From Acidobacteriota bacterium (GTDB lineage Bacteria; Acidobacteriota; Vicinamibacteria; Vicinamibacterales; CAVVIG01): 37,374 nucleotides of DNA. Every line of letters starts with the position of its first letter. Positions within the stretch are counted from its first letter, which is position 1. Under the pieces are notes generated by a model that searched no databases, was not told where the DNA came from, and worked only from the letters and a program-made list of their open reading frames with translations. The stretch lies in contig JAHFUJ010000002.1 in the NCBI GenBank assembly GCA_023265105.1, forward strand, positions 16,877 to 54,250, read 5' to 3'. Below are positions 25,427 through 34,589 of the stretch, piece after piece. The position numbers and the translations under genes are program-made.

Positions 25427-27192
25427 CATTTCTGATCGACAGCCTGCCAACCACACCCCTCCGTCGCGCGGCGATTGCCGCCGCGCGGCCCCTCCTTTCG
25501 TGGTTGCTGCGGTTGCGCACCTATCGCGCGCTCTACGAGCAAACGCGGGCTGCTCCCGACGAACCGTTTGAGCGTCGCGCGCTCGAAGCACTCGACATAC
25601 GCCCGAGGCTTTTGCCTGGCGACGCAGGTGTGGTTCCGAAGCACGGTCCGCTGGTGATCGCGGCAAATCACCCCCATGGCGCGCTCGACGGGCTTCTGGT
25701 GGCCTCCATTGTCCGACGCACCAGATCGGACGTTCGAATTCTGGCGAATCACCTGCTCTCACGCATTCCCGAGCTGGCAGATTTGTGTTTCTTTGTGGAT
25801 CCCTTCGGAGGCCCAACCGCCGCCGCCCGTAGCGGGGCCGGGCTTCGCGCCGCGCATTTGTGGTTGAGAAACGGTGGAGCGCTTGTCGTGTTCCCCGCAG
25901 GTGAGGTCGCGCACGAGCCACGACCTGATGGATCGTACGCGGACTCGCCCTGGCGACCGACCATCGGTCGCCTGGTGCTCGCGACGGGCGCTCAGGTCGT
26001 CCCTGCGTTCATCGCCGGCACCAACACGAAGGTGTTCTACGCGGCCGGACGGGTACACTCCGCGCTGCGCACAGCGCTCCTCGCGCGCGAGTTGCTGAAC
26101 AAGCGCGGTCAAGCGGTCACGATGCGGCTCGGCCAGCCATTGGCGGCGCGAGATTTTGCCAATGCGGCTGGGGACGCCGCGGCGGCGACGCAAGTCATCC
26201 GCCGAGCCGTCGAGCAGCTGGGAACGGTCCGGCTGAAGCCGGACGCCACGCCTGGCCCGTACGTGGCGTCCGGCTTGAGCCGGACCAACTCGATCGCACC
26301 AGAAATCGCGCACCTGCCAAGGGAATCCTGTCTCGTCGAGAGCGGCGCGTTCCAGGTCTTCTGCGCGGAAGCATTTCAGATACCCTCCGCGCTCCGAGAG
26401 ATCGGTCGCCTGCGTGAGGTCACGTTCCGGGCCGTCGGCGAAGGCACCGGCCGCAGCCTGGATCTGGACGCCTTCGATGACCGCTATCTCCACCTCTTCG
26501 CCTGGGACGGCGAGCGGCAGCAGATTGTCGGCGCGTATCGCATCGGGCAGACCGATCGGATCATGGCGACCGAGGGCGTTGAGGGTCTCTACACGCGGAC
26601 GTTGTTCCGATACGACGAGCGCTTGATGACGCGCCTCTCACCCGCCTTGGAGCTGGGACGTTCCTTTGTCCGGGCCGAATACCAGAAGAACTACAACGCG
26701 CTGCTGCTCCTGTGGAAAGGCATCGGCCAGTTCGTCGTCCGTCACCCGGAATACCGCGTGCTCTTTGGTCCGGTCAGCATCAGCACCAGGTACTCGGACA
26801 GCTCACACCGGCTGCTGATGGCATTTCTCCAGCAGAATCACCTCGACCGTGCGCTCGCCGAGCTCGTGGAAGCGATCAATCCAAGCGCGATGGATCCGGC
26901 GCCGCCAGTCTTGACGGCGATCCCTCAGTCGATTGACGAGGCGAACCGGCTCGTGTCGAAAATGGAAGCCGACGGAAAAGGCGTACCGGTTCTGCTGCGC
27001 CAGTATCTGAAGCTGAACGCGCGCCTGCTTGGCTTCAACCTCGACCCGGATTTCGGCGATGCGCTGGACGCATTGATGATGGTCGACCTCGCAGCCGTCG
27101 ATGCGCCGATCCTGAATCGGTACTTCGGACGGCAAGAGGCCGCCAACTTCCTCGCGAGGCATCGTGGCAGGCAATCGGCACACGCCGCCTGA
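25414..27192 (+). CDS. olsF: Bifunctional PlsC-type acyltransferase + GNAT (Acetyltransf_5) N-acyltransferase, OlsF-like aminolipid synthase
   Basis: NHPHGALD (HX4D) and FPAGEV in the N-domain; EIGRLREVTF, LELGRSFV, LLWKGIG, GPVSIS and PVLLRQYL in the C-domain. Same domain order as OlsF; substrate unproven. Confidence 0.78.
   Translation: MPGDPFLIDSLPTTPLRRAAIAAARPLLSWLLRLRTYRALYEQTRAAPDEPFERRALEALDIRPRLLPGDAGVVPKHGPLVIAANHPHGALDGLLVASIVRRTRSDVRILANHLLSRIPELADLCFFVDPFGGPTAAARSGAGLRAAHLWLRNGGALVVFPAGEVAHEPRPDGSYADSPWRPTIGRLVLATGAQVVPAFIAGTNTKVFYAAGRVHSALRTALLARELLNKRGQAVTMRLGQPLAARDFANAAGDAAAATQVIRRAVEQLGTVRLKPDATPGPYVASGLSRTNSIAPEIAHLPRESCLVESGAFQVFCAEAFQIPSALREIGRLREVTFRAVGEGTGRSLDLDAFDDRYLHLFAWDGERQQIVGAYRIGQTDRIMATEGVEGLYTRTLFRYDERLMTRLSPALELGRSFVRAEYQKNYNALLLLWKGIGQFVVRHPEYRVLFGPVSISTRYSDSSHRLLMAFLQQNHLDRALAELVEAINPSAMDPAPPVLTAIPQSIDEANRLVSKMEADGKGVPVLLRQYLKLNARLLGFNLDPDFGDALDALMMVDLAAVDAPILNRYFGRQEAANFLARHRGRQSAHAA
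26226..26286. repeat. Inverted pair of the same REP-like palindrome, inside the CDS linker
   Basis: GGTCCGGCTGAAGCCGGACGCCACG followed by GTACGTGGCGTCCGGCTTGAGCCGGACC; encodes VRLKPDAT..YVASGLSRT. Confidence 0.9.
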
Positions 27193-27197
27193 GCCAG

Positions 27198-27782
27198 TCA
27201 GTCACAGACAACGCTCATCGTCGAAAGACCGCGGGGTCGCATCGCAAGATCGCGCGCGAGCCGCAAGAGCATCAAGATGCCACCAGCAACCAGTAAGCGT
27301 GGTATCCACCCGAGCCCGACGATGGGCGCAAGGCGTGAGATGAACGCGTCGCCGAGGCTGACCGTCAGGAGGATGATCGTCGGCGTCCAGAGTGTCGCCC
27401 CGAGCAGAGCCCAAAGAGCGAAGACCCTACCCGGCAGCTTCAGGAGCCCGGCAATGACGTAGAGCGGGAGCCGCGTGCCGGGGAGAAACCGGCTGCCGAC
27501 AATCGCACCCGCGGCGTGTTGTTTGAGCCAGAGCTGCATCTCTTCAAATCGTCCTCGCTGGAGCTGACGGGCGACCCAGGGCCATGCCAGAGCCGCACCT
27601 CCAAACACGCGGCCTACTCCCCACAGCCCGAAATCACCAACGAAGATGCCGACGATGCACGCGAGTATGCCCGAGGCGACGCCGAGCTGACCGCGCTGAA
27701 TCAGCAGGCCTGCGGCGATGCAGGTGAGGTCTTCGGAGAGGAGTGTGCCAAACGCAAGTGAAATGAAAATGAGCACGATCAC
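27198..27782 (-). CDS. DedA/VTT family membrane protein, possibly C-terminally truncated
   Basis: LSEDLTCIAAG, GIFVGD and SRFLPGTRLP motifs. Confidence 0.85.
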   Translation of the reverse strand: MIVLIFISLAFGTLLSEDLTCIAAGLLIQRGQLGVASGILACIVGIFVGDFGLWGVGRVFGGAALAWPWVARQLQRGRFEEMQLWLKQHAAGAIVGSRFLPGTRLPLYVIAGLLKLPGRVFALWALLGATLWTPTIILLTVSLGDAFISRLAPIVGLGWIPRLLVAGGILMLLRLARDLAMRPRGLSTMSVVCD

Positions 27783-28579
27783 GCCGCCTCGACCACGACC
27801 GGCCGGCTGCGCGCGCGGTCATATTTCGAATGATGAGCGTTTTTTGCCGGCGAAGCCGGCCTACTAGGAGCGTGTTCCCATTTCTCGGACACGCTCCCAG
27901 AACCGAGTGGTTCGTAGCAAAGTTGGATGGCGCGCGAGCTGACATCGATGACAGTTCGGCTGACAGTGAGCGCATCCGATCGTTCCATGCAGACGCTGAT
28001 TTCCGGCCTTTCCATCCATTGATGACGGTGGAAGCGGAATTGCCCGCATAGCCACCCGCTCTGGTCTGCTACCACCTGCCGCTCGAACAATCTGCGCCTG
28101 GGTTCCTCAACGAGCGCGTCACCAAGCGAGGAGGATGTAAACAACAGTGGAGCGGACATCCTCGAGATTTTGCGCGACAGCCCGTATCCGTCGCTGTTCA
28201 CCACGCCAACGGTGAAGCCGTGAACCAAGACGAGGCGGAACGGCTCGAAGGAGGTCGGATCGAGCCGCTCGGCGGCGGCGATCGCGCGGCGCAGCGATCC
28301 GTGCGCCAACACTGAGGGCACGATGCTTCCGCGGCTGCAGGCGGCTCGCTGGCGCCGCACAGCCCCGTCCATGGTTCGATTGAGGAGCGTAGCCGCGAGA
28401 CCTGCTTCGTTGACGCCAACCCACGTGCCCGCGCCAACGGGATCTACCGGAAAGATCGCCGTTCTGTCCTGCTGGCAGCGGAGCTGCGGCGGCGTTGCCG
28501 CCGGGCGGTCGCGCCGTTCGTCGCGGTTGCAGACCATCCGGAACCCCTCGTCGTGCGGAACGATGGTGACCGTGCACAT
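27779..28579 (-). CDS. NRDE/TANGO2 family protein (Ntn-hydrolase-like)
   Basis: MCT N-terminus, CNRDE, GTWVGVN, SRG, PFRL and TVSRT. Confidence 0.88.
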   Translation of the reverse strand: MCTVTIVPHDEGFRMVCNRDERRDRPAATPPQLRCQQDRTAIFPVDPVGAGTWVGVNEAGLAATLLNRTMDGAVRRQRAACSRGSIVPSVLAHGSLRRAIAAAERLDPTSFEPFRLVLVHGFTVGVVNSDGYGLSRKISRMSAPLLFTSSSLGDALVEEPRRRLFERQVVADQSGWLCGQFRFHRHQWMERPEISVCMERSDALTVSRTVIDVSSRAIQLCYEPLGSGSVSEKWEHAPSRPASPAKNAHHSKYDRARSRPVVVEAA

Positions 28580-28591
28580 GGGTACACGCGA

Positions 28592-29122
28592 TCAGTGTCT
28601 TAGCGGGGTGGACGGGGAGTGGCCGAATCGCTCCGGCACCGAATGGCCGTGGATCTCGAGGAGAACCGCAATCATCGCCTGGTGATGAATCGTGTGGCTC
28701 ACGACGAACGCCAACTCGCGAGCCAGCGTGGACCAGCCGGTCACTGCATCACCCGACCGAGAAATCATCGACGTCACACGAATCGGTTCGTCGAGCGATC
28801 GCCTCGACCAGGCGCTGAGTGCGCCTTTCAATTGCAGAATGTGACGGATCGCCTCGGCGGGATCGCTTTCCACGGCCGTTCCTCGGTGGCGGCGATCGTA
28901 GGACAGCGCCGTGGACGAATCAGCGGCCAGCAGCGCCGAGACGTGATCGAGACAATGCCTGACGTGTTCCCCGATTGTGCCCGAGACGTTCGTCGCGAGC
29001 CCGGCACAGTACACCTCTGGCGCCACTTCCATCAACAGTGAAGCAAGTTCGTCCAAGAGGCGCCACAGTGCCCAGGATGGCGACTCGGTCACGCGCGGGC
29101 GTTCTTCGATGGCTGCGATCAC
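28592..29122 (-). CDS. DinB/YfiT superfamily protein
   Basis: IGEHVRHCLDH, YDRRHR and RELAFVVSHTIHHQA. Confidence 0.85.
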   Translation of the reverse strand: MIAAIEERPRVTESPSWALWRLLDELASLLMEVAPEVYCAGLATNVSGTIGEHVRHCLDHVSALLAADSSTALSYDRRHRGTAVESDPAEAIRHILQLKGALSAWSRRSLDEPIRVTSMISRSGDAVTGWSTLARELAFVVSHTIHHQAMIAVLLEIHGHSVPERFGHSPSTPLRH

Positions 29123-29134
29123 GAAACCTCCGCC

Positions 29135-29545
29135 TCAGGCGAGTTGGAAAAATCGCCCGACAATTGGAATCTGCGACCGCCGAATGACCAGCACGATCGC
29201 ACTGCCGAGGAAGGCCGTCAGCGCGAGTCCGAACAGCAGGCCACCGTCCCCCTTCACTTCAATGCCAAGGATGGTGAGGTGGCTGACAATGGCTCCGCTC
29301 ATGACGCCCATGGTGACGATGGCCCCGAGCGGCGCGGTGGCCGGCGCCAGGAGCAGGAGCGACGCAATCAGCTCGACTACCCCAGAGCCGATGCGCCCCC
29401 AGGGCTCTGCTCCCAGCTTGCTGAAGATGTAGACCGATTCCTCGGCACCCGTGAACTTGAAAAACAGCGTTTGCAAGAGGATGCCGGCGACTGCGAGCTG
29501 CAGGATCCAGCTGACGACGGTTTGAGCTTTTGATAAGTGATTCAT
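29135..29545 (-). CDS. DoxX family membrane protein
   Basis: ILLQTLFFKFTGAEESVYIF, GRIGSGVVEL and GAIVSHL. Confidence 0.88.
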   Translation of the reverse strand: MNHLSKAQTVVSWILQLAVAGILLQTLFFKFTGAEESVYIFSKLGAEPWGRIGSGVVELIASLLLLAPATAPLGAIVTMGVMSGAIVSHLTILGIEVKGDGGLLFGLALTAFLGSAIVLVIRRSQIPIVGRFFQLA

Positions 29546-29551
29546 GTCCCC

Positions 29552-29580
29552 TTAGATGACCCGGACCTCGAGCGGTTACG
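29552..29580 (-). promoter_or_regulatory. ECF-type promoter CGTAACC-N15-CATC-TAA for the DoxX-DinB-NRDE-DedA operon
   Basis: Ends 6 nt before ATG 29545, which suggests a leaderless transcript. Confidence 0.72.
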
Positions 29581-29592
29581 GGGTGACGGCCG

Positions 29593-29621
29593 TGAAACGT
29601 CGCCCCGTTTCAGGCATCCAA
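29593..29621 (+). promoter_or_regulatory. ECF-type promoter TGAAACG-N15-CATC-CAA for the glucosidase operon
   Basis: Divergent partner of the 29552 site. Confidence 0.7.
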
Positions 29622-29657
29622 GTCATGTCGGCCAAAGCTGCCCGACCCGAGGACTTC

Positions 29658-32366
29658 ATGAATTCGACCGTTCAAGAGAAGGAAGCCGCCCCGCCAACCG
29701 CGCGGAGGGCGCCGAAAGAGACCGCAGAAGCCGGCCGTCTCGAGGAGGCCCGGAATCGGACCAAGCACTGGAAGCGGTGGGGGCCGTATGTCAGCGAACG
29801 GGCCTGGGGCAGCGTGCGCGAGGACTACAGCCCGGGCGGCACCGCCTGGGACTACTTCCCCCACGACCACGCCCGCTCACGCGCGTACCGGTGGAACGAA
29901 GACGGCCTGGCGGGCATCTGCGACCGGCACCAGCGGATCTGTTTCGCGATCGCGCTGTGGAATCACCGCGACCCGATCTTGAAGGAGCGGCTCTTCGGCC
30001 TGACCGGCGGCGAAGGGAACCACGGCGAGGACGTCAAAGAGTACTACTTCTATCTCGACAGCACGCCGACGCACTCGTACATGAAGTTCCTGTACAAGTA
30101 TCCGCACGCGCCGTTTCCGTATGCCGATCTGGTCGACGAGAATCGCCGGCGCGACAAGCACGCCCGGGAGTACGAGCTCGTCGACACGGGCGTGTTCAAC
30201 GAGGATCGATACTTCGATGTCGAAGTGGAGTACGCGAAGGCCGATCCCGAAGACATCCTGATTCAAATCCGGGCGACGAATCGCGGACCCGAGGCGGCGC
30301 TTCTGGATATTTTGCCGACCGTGTGGTTCCGAAACACCTGGTCGTGGTTTCCAGACGCGACGCGGCCGTCGTTGGCGCGCGTGCCTGGTCAGAAGAACGC
30401 GGTCGTTCTTGACGAACCGCAACACGGAAAGCGATGGCTCCATTGCGACGGCGATCCCGAGCTGCTTTTCACCGAAAACGACACGAATCTTGAGCGCCTC
30501 TACGGCTACGGCAACGGCGCGAAGTACGCAAAGGACGCCTTCCATCGGTTCGTCGTCAACGGCGAACGCGATGTCGTCAACCCCGAAGAACGCGGCACGA
30601 AGGCTGCGGCGCGTTACACGCTCGTGGTCCCCCCCGGCGAAAGCGTGACGTTGCGCCTTCGGCTGAACGACCGGCAACCGGACTCTCCTTCCGCATTCGG
30701 CAAGGCGTTCGACGATGTGTTCGAGACGCGGATGCGCGAAGCCGACGAGTTCTACGAGACGGTGATTCCGGCCACTCTCTCCACCGATGCGAAGAACGTC
30801 GCGCGCCAGGCGCTCGCGGGCCTGCTCTGGTCCAAGCAGTATTACCACTACGTCGTGAAGAACTGGCTCGAAGGCGATGCGACGCAGCCCGCGCCGCCGA
30901 GCGATCGGCAGCGAGGCCGCAATCACGAATGGACGCATCTTTACAACGCCGACGTCATCTCGATGCCAGACAAATGGGAGTACCCGTGGTACGCGGCGTG
31001 GGACCTGGCGTTTCACTGCGTGCCGCTGGCGCTCGTCGACTCAGACTTTGCCAAGGAGCAGCTCACGCTGCTGCTGCGCGAGTGGTACATGCACCCGAAC
31101 GGCCAGCTGCCGGCGTACGAGTGGGCCTTCGGCGACGTCAATCCGCCGGTTCACGCATGGTCGGCGTGGCGCGTCTACAAGATCGAACAGAAGCGGCGCG
31201 GCAAAGGCGATCTGAAGTTCCTCGAACGCGTGTTCCACAAGCTCCTTCTGAACTTCACCTGGTGGGTCAATCGCAAGGACGCCGAAGGGATGAACGTGTT
31301 CCAAGGAGGATTTCTCGGGCTCGACAACATCGGCGTGTTCGACCGGAGCGCGCCGCTGCCGACGGGCGGCCATCTCGAGCAGTCGGACGGTACGAGCTGG
31401 ATGGCGATGTACTCGCTGAACATGCTCGCGATTGCGATGGAGCTCGCCAAGCACAATCCAGCGTACGAGGACGTGGCGAGCAAGTTCTGGGAACACTTCC
31501 TCAACATCGCGCACGCGATGAGCGGCGGCCGGCTCCACGGCGGCGAGGGACACGATCTTTGGGACGACGAGGACGGCTTTTTCTACGACGTGCTCCACTT
31601 GCCGAACGACTCGCGCAAGCCGTTGAAGATTCGGTCGCTCGTCGGGTTGATCCCGCTGCTCGCGGTCCAGACGCTCGAGCCCGATGTGCTCGAGCGCCAC
31701 GAAGGATTCCGTCGCCGTCTCGACTGGTTCATCGCACACCGCCCGGACCTGACGGACGACGTGGCGTGCATGCGCACACCCGGCCATCGCGAGCGGCGTC
31801 TCCTCGCGGTCGTCGATGGCGATCGCCTCCGTCGCATCCTCAAGGTCATGCTCGATGAACGGGAGTTCCTGTCACCGTACGGGATCCGGGCAATTTCGCA
31901 GAGGCATCGCGATCAGCCGTATGTGCTGCGCGTGAACGGCACCGAGTATCGCGTCGACTACGAACCCGCCGAATCGACGAGTGGTCTGTTCGGCGGCAAC
32001 TCGAACTGGCGCGGACCGATCTGGTTCCCGATCAACTTCCTGCTCGTCGAAGCGCTGCAGAAGTTCCATCATTACTTTGGCGACGACTACAAGGTGGAGT
32101 GCCCGACCGGCTCGGGCCAGATGATGACCCTGTGGGACGTGGCGGCCGAGATCTCGCGCCGGCTCACCCGGATTTTCCTCGACGACGACGGCGGGAGACG
32201 GCCGGTCTTCGGTGGCATCCAACAGTTCGAGAACGACCCGAACTGGCACGACCTGATTCCGTTCCACGAGTATTTTCACGGCGATAGCGGCGCCGGCGTC
32301 GGCGCCAGCCACCAGACAGGCTGGACGGCGCTGGTTGCGAAGCTGCTTCAACAATCAGGGGTGTAA
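29658..32366 (+). CDS. GH63-like (MGH1-like) glucosidase
   Basis: [52 protein letters not shown] and GASHQTGWT. Start taken at MNSTV (RBS GAGGA). Confidence 0.9.
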   Translation: MNSTVQEKEAAPPTARRAPKETAEAGRLEEARNRTKHWKRWGPYVSERAWGSVREDYSPGGTAWDYFPHDHARSRAYRWNEDGLAGICDRHQRICFAIALWNHRDPILKERLFGLTGGEGNHGEDVKEYYFYLDSTPTHSYMKFLYKYPHAPFPYADLVDENRRRDKHAREYELVDTGVFNEDRYFDVEVEYAKADPEDILIQIRATNRGPEAALLDILPTVWFRNTWSWFPDATRPSLARVPGQKNAVVLDEPQHGKRWLHCDGDPELLFTENDTNLERLYGYGNGAKYAKDAFHRFVVNGERDVVNPEERGTKAAARYTLVVPPGESVTLRLRLNDRQPDSPSAFGKAFDDVFETRMREADEFYETVIPATLSTDAKNVARQALAGLLWSKQYYHYVVKNWLEGDATQPAPPSDRQRGRNHEWTHLYNADVISMPDKWEYPWYAAWDLAFHCVPLALVDSDFAKEQLTLLLREWYMHPNGQLPAYEWAFGDVNPPVHAWSAWRVYKIEQKRRGKGDLKFLERVFHKLLLNFTWWVNRKDAEGMNVFQGGFLGLDNIGVFDRSAPLPTGGHLEQSDGTSWMAMYSLNMLAIAMELAKHNPAYEDVASKFWEHFLNIAHAMSGGRLHGGEGHDLWDDEDGFFYDVLHLPNDSRKPLKIRSLVGLIPLLAVQTLEPDVLERHEGFRRRLDWFIAHRPDLTDDVACMRTPGHRERRLLAVVDGDRLRRILKVMLDEREFLSPYGIRAISQRHRDQPYVLRVNGTEYRVDYEPAESTSGLFGGNSNWRGPIWFPINFLLVEALQKFHHYFGDDYKVECPTGSGQMMTLWDVAAEISRRLTRIFLDDDGGRRPVFGGIQQFENDPNWHDLIPFHEYFHGDSGAGVGASHQTGWTALVAKLLQQSGV

Positions 32367-32377
32367 GGAGGCAAGCG

Positions 32378-33475
32378 ATGAAAGCGATAGCAGTCCTGCC
32401 CGGCAAGCCCGGCAGCGTTCACCTCGCGGAACTTGCGAAGCCGTCAGTGTCAGACGTCCCGAGCGGCCGCGGCGTGCTCGTCAAGGTGTTGCGGGTGGGC
32501 GTCGACGGCACGGACCGCGAGATCAACGCGGCCGAATACGGTGCGGCGCCTGAAGGCTATGACTTCCTGATCATCGGTCACGAGGGCTTCGGCCAGGTCG
32601 AAGCTGTGGGACCGAACGTGTCGTTTCTGCGGCCCGGCGACTTCGTCGTCGCGACCGTCCGGCGTCCTGGCAAGAGCCTGTACGACGCGATCGGGCTCCA
32701 GGACATGACGACCGACAGTGAGTACTTCGAGCGCGGGATCAACCTGCGTCACGGCTATCTGACGGAGTACTACATCGAAGACGAAGAGTTCGTCGTCAAG
32801 ATCCCCCAGGGGTTGAAGGAGGTCGGCGTGCTACTCGAGCCGATGACCGTCGCCCAGAAAGGCATCACGCAGGCGTACGAGATTCAGCGCCGCATGAAGG
32901 TCTGGCGGCCTCGAAAAGCAGCGGTGATGGGCGCGGGCACGCTCGGGCTGCTGGCCACATTGGTGCTGCGTCTCCGCGGCCTGGACGTGACGACGTTCGG
33001 CCGGACTCCGAAGCCCTACCTCAATGCCGACCTGCTCGATGCGATCGGAGCGCGGTATGTGAATACGGCCGAACGGAGCATCACCGATGCCGCCACGGAA
33101 TTTGGCCCGTTCGACCTGATCTTCGAAGGAACCGGATCGTCGGCGGTCGTATTCGAGAGCATGCAGGTACTCGGCAAGAACGGTGTGCTGGTGCTGACCA
33201 GCATCACCGGCGGCAACCACAAGTTGGAAGTCCCCGCGGACCGCATCAATCTCGATTTCGTCCTCGGGAACAAGGTGATGGTGGGAAGCGTGAACGCCAG
33301 CCGAGACAACTTCGAGACCGGCGTACGCGACATGTCTCAGGCCGAAGCCGAATACCCGGGCTGGCTGCGTCAGCTCCTCACGCACCCCGTTCGGGGCCTC
33401 GATGGATACCGTGAGCTCTTCGACCGCTTGCAAAATCCCAACGGCGCGATCAAGATCTTCTGTGAGGTGAGCTGA
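32378..33475 (+). CDS. gdh: Glucose 1-dehydrogenase, Zn-dependent MDR family (archaeal type)
   Basis: [35 protein letters not shown] and GSVNA. Confidence 0.85.
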   Translation: MKAIAVLPGKPGSVHLAELAKPSVSDVPSGRGVLVKVLRVGVDGTDREINAAEYGAAPEGYDFLIIGHEGFGQVEAVGPNVSFLRPGDFVVATVRRPGKSLYDAIGLQDMTTDSEYFERGINLRHGYLTEYYIEDEEFVVKIPQGLKEVGVLLEPMTVAQKGITQAYEIQRRMKVWRPRKAAVMGAGTLGLLATLVLRLRGLDVTTFGRTPKPYLNADLLDAIGARYVNTAERSITDAATEFGPFDLIFEGTGSSAVVFESMQVLGKNGVLVLTSITGGNHKLEVPADRINLDFVLGNKVMVGSVNASRDNFETGVRDMSQAEAEYPGWLRQLLTHPVRGLDGYRELFDRLQNPNGAIKIFCEVS

Positions 33476-33505
33476 CGCATGCCGCGTCGCCCGAGGAGCT
33501 ACTCA

Positions 33506-33748
33506 GTGACGTGCCGCGAATTCGCCGACTTCATGATGGACTACCTGTCGGGCGAGCTGCCGTCTGAGTCGCGAGCCCTGTTCGATCACCACCTGAGTTT
33601 GTGCGCCAATTGCCGGAAGTACCTCACCAGCTATGACGAGACGGTGACGCTCGGAAAGCGTGCGTTCGATGACGAAGAGGCGGCGTTGCCGGCAGATGTC
33701 CCAGAGCAGCTCGTCAAAGCCATTCTCGCCGCGCGCCGTTCGGCCTGA
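33506..33748 (+). CDS. zf-HC2 (ZAS) soluble anti-sigma factor, not adjacent to a sigma gene
   Basis: CREF..DYLSGEL..HLSLCANC; RBS GAGGAG before GTG 33506. Confidence 0.88.
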   Translation: MTCREFADFMMDYLSGELPSESRALFDHHLSLCANCRKYLTSYDETVTLGKRAFDDEEAALPADVPEQLVKAILAARRSA

Positions 33749-33775
33749 AACCAGAACGTCCCTTCCGTCATCTAA
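33746..33775 (+). promoter_or_regulatory. ECF-type promoter TGAAACC-N16-CATC-TAA
   Basis: Motif match upstream of the spondin-LtrA genes. Confidence 0.7.
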
Positions 33776-33845
33776 CCTGCTGGAGGACAGAGAGCTCGCC
33801 CGCGGCAATCGTCCCTGGGCGGCGGGCACCATCACCTCGAGGATT

Positions 33846-34589
33846 ATGAGATCCCGAAGCATGCTCTTATTCGCGGGGTGGGCAGCGACCGCGTTGTTCA
33901 TCGCGGCATGTTCGACAACCCAGAGTCCGAACGCACCGAGTCCGCTGCCCACCGAAACGGCGACGCCGGCCTCGCCGTCACCGCCGACGGCCGCCGCGCC
34001 CACAACTGCGCGGTATCGGGTGACGTTTCAGGCGACGTGGAGCGGTACGACGCATCCTGTAGACTTCCCGTCGAACGCTCACTTGTCTCCTCTGGTCGGT
34101 GGCACCCACAACGCATCGGCAACGTTCTGGAGCGAGGGCACGCTTGCAAGCACCGGCATCAAAGATATGTCCGAACGCGGGCGAACGACGCCGCTCGATC
34201 AGGAAGTTGGCGCCGCCATTGCCGCTGGCACGGCTGAACATCTTCTTCTCGGCGGTGGCATTGAGACATCGCCAGGGTTGGTCAGCCTCGAGTTTGAGAT
34301 GAGCCAAATTTACCCGCTGGTGACGCTCGTGTCGATGATCGCTCCCAGTCCGGATTGGTTTGTCGGTGTCTCGCGGCTGCCACTGTTCGAGAACGGCCGC
34401 TGGGCCGACGAACGGCGGGTCGATCTCGTCCCGTGGGATGCCGGGACAGACAGCGGACTCACGTTCGCGTCGCCGGATCTCGTCACAACACCGCCTCAAC
34501 CGATTTCACGGATCGTGACCGCTCCGTTGTCGCCCGGCGGTCGCGTGACGCCGCTCGGCACCTTCACCTTTGTTCGGCTCCCGTCGTGA
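33846..34589 (+). CDS. Spondin_N domain lipoprotein
   Basis: Lipobox-like IAAC, Pro/Thr linker, YRVTFQATWS, HLSPLVG, MIAPSPDWFVG and DAGTDSG. Confidence 0.88.
   Translation: MRSRSMLLFAGWAATALFIAACSTTQSPNAPSPLPTETATPASPSPPTAAAPTTARYRVTFQATWSGTTHPVDFPSNAHLSPLVGGTHNASATFWSEGTLASTGIKDMSERGRTTPLDQEVGAAIAAGTAEHLLLGGGIETSPGLVSLEFEMSQIYPLVTLVSMIAPSPDWFVGVSRLPLFENGRWADERRVDLVPWDAGTDSGLTFASPDLVTTPPQPISRIVTAPLSPGGRVTPLGTFTFVRLPS

Noticed and set aside
29556-29657. Upstream start for the glucosidase at 29556
   Set aside because: It overlaps both divergent promoters; ATG 29658 has an RBS and lies downstream of the predicted TSS.
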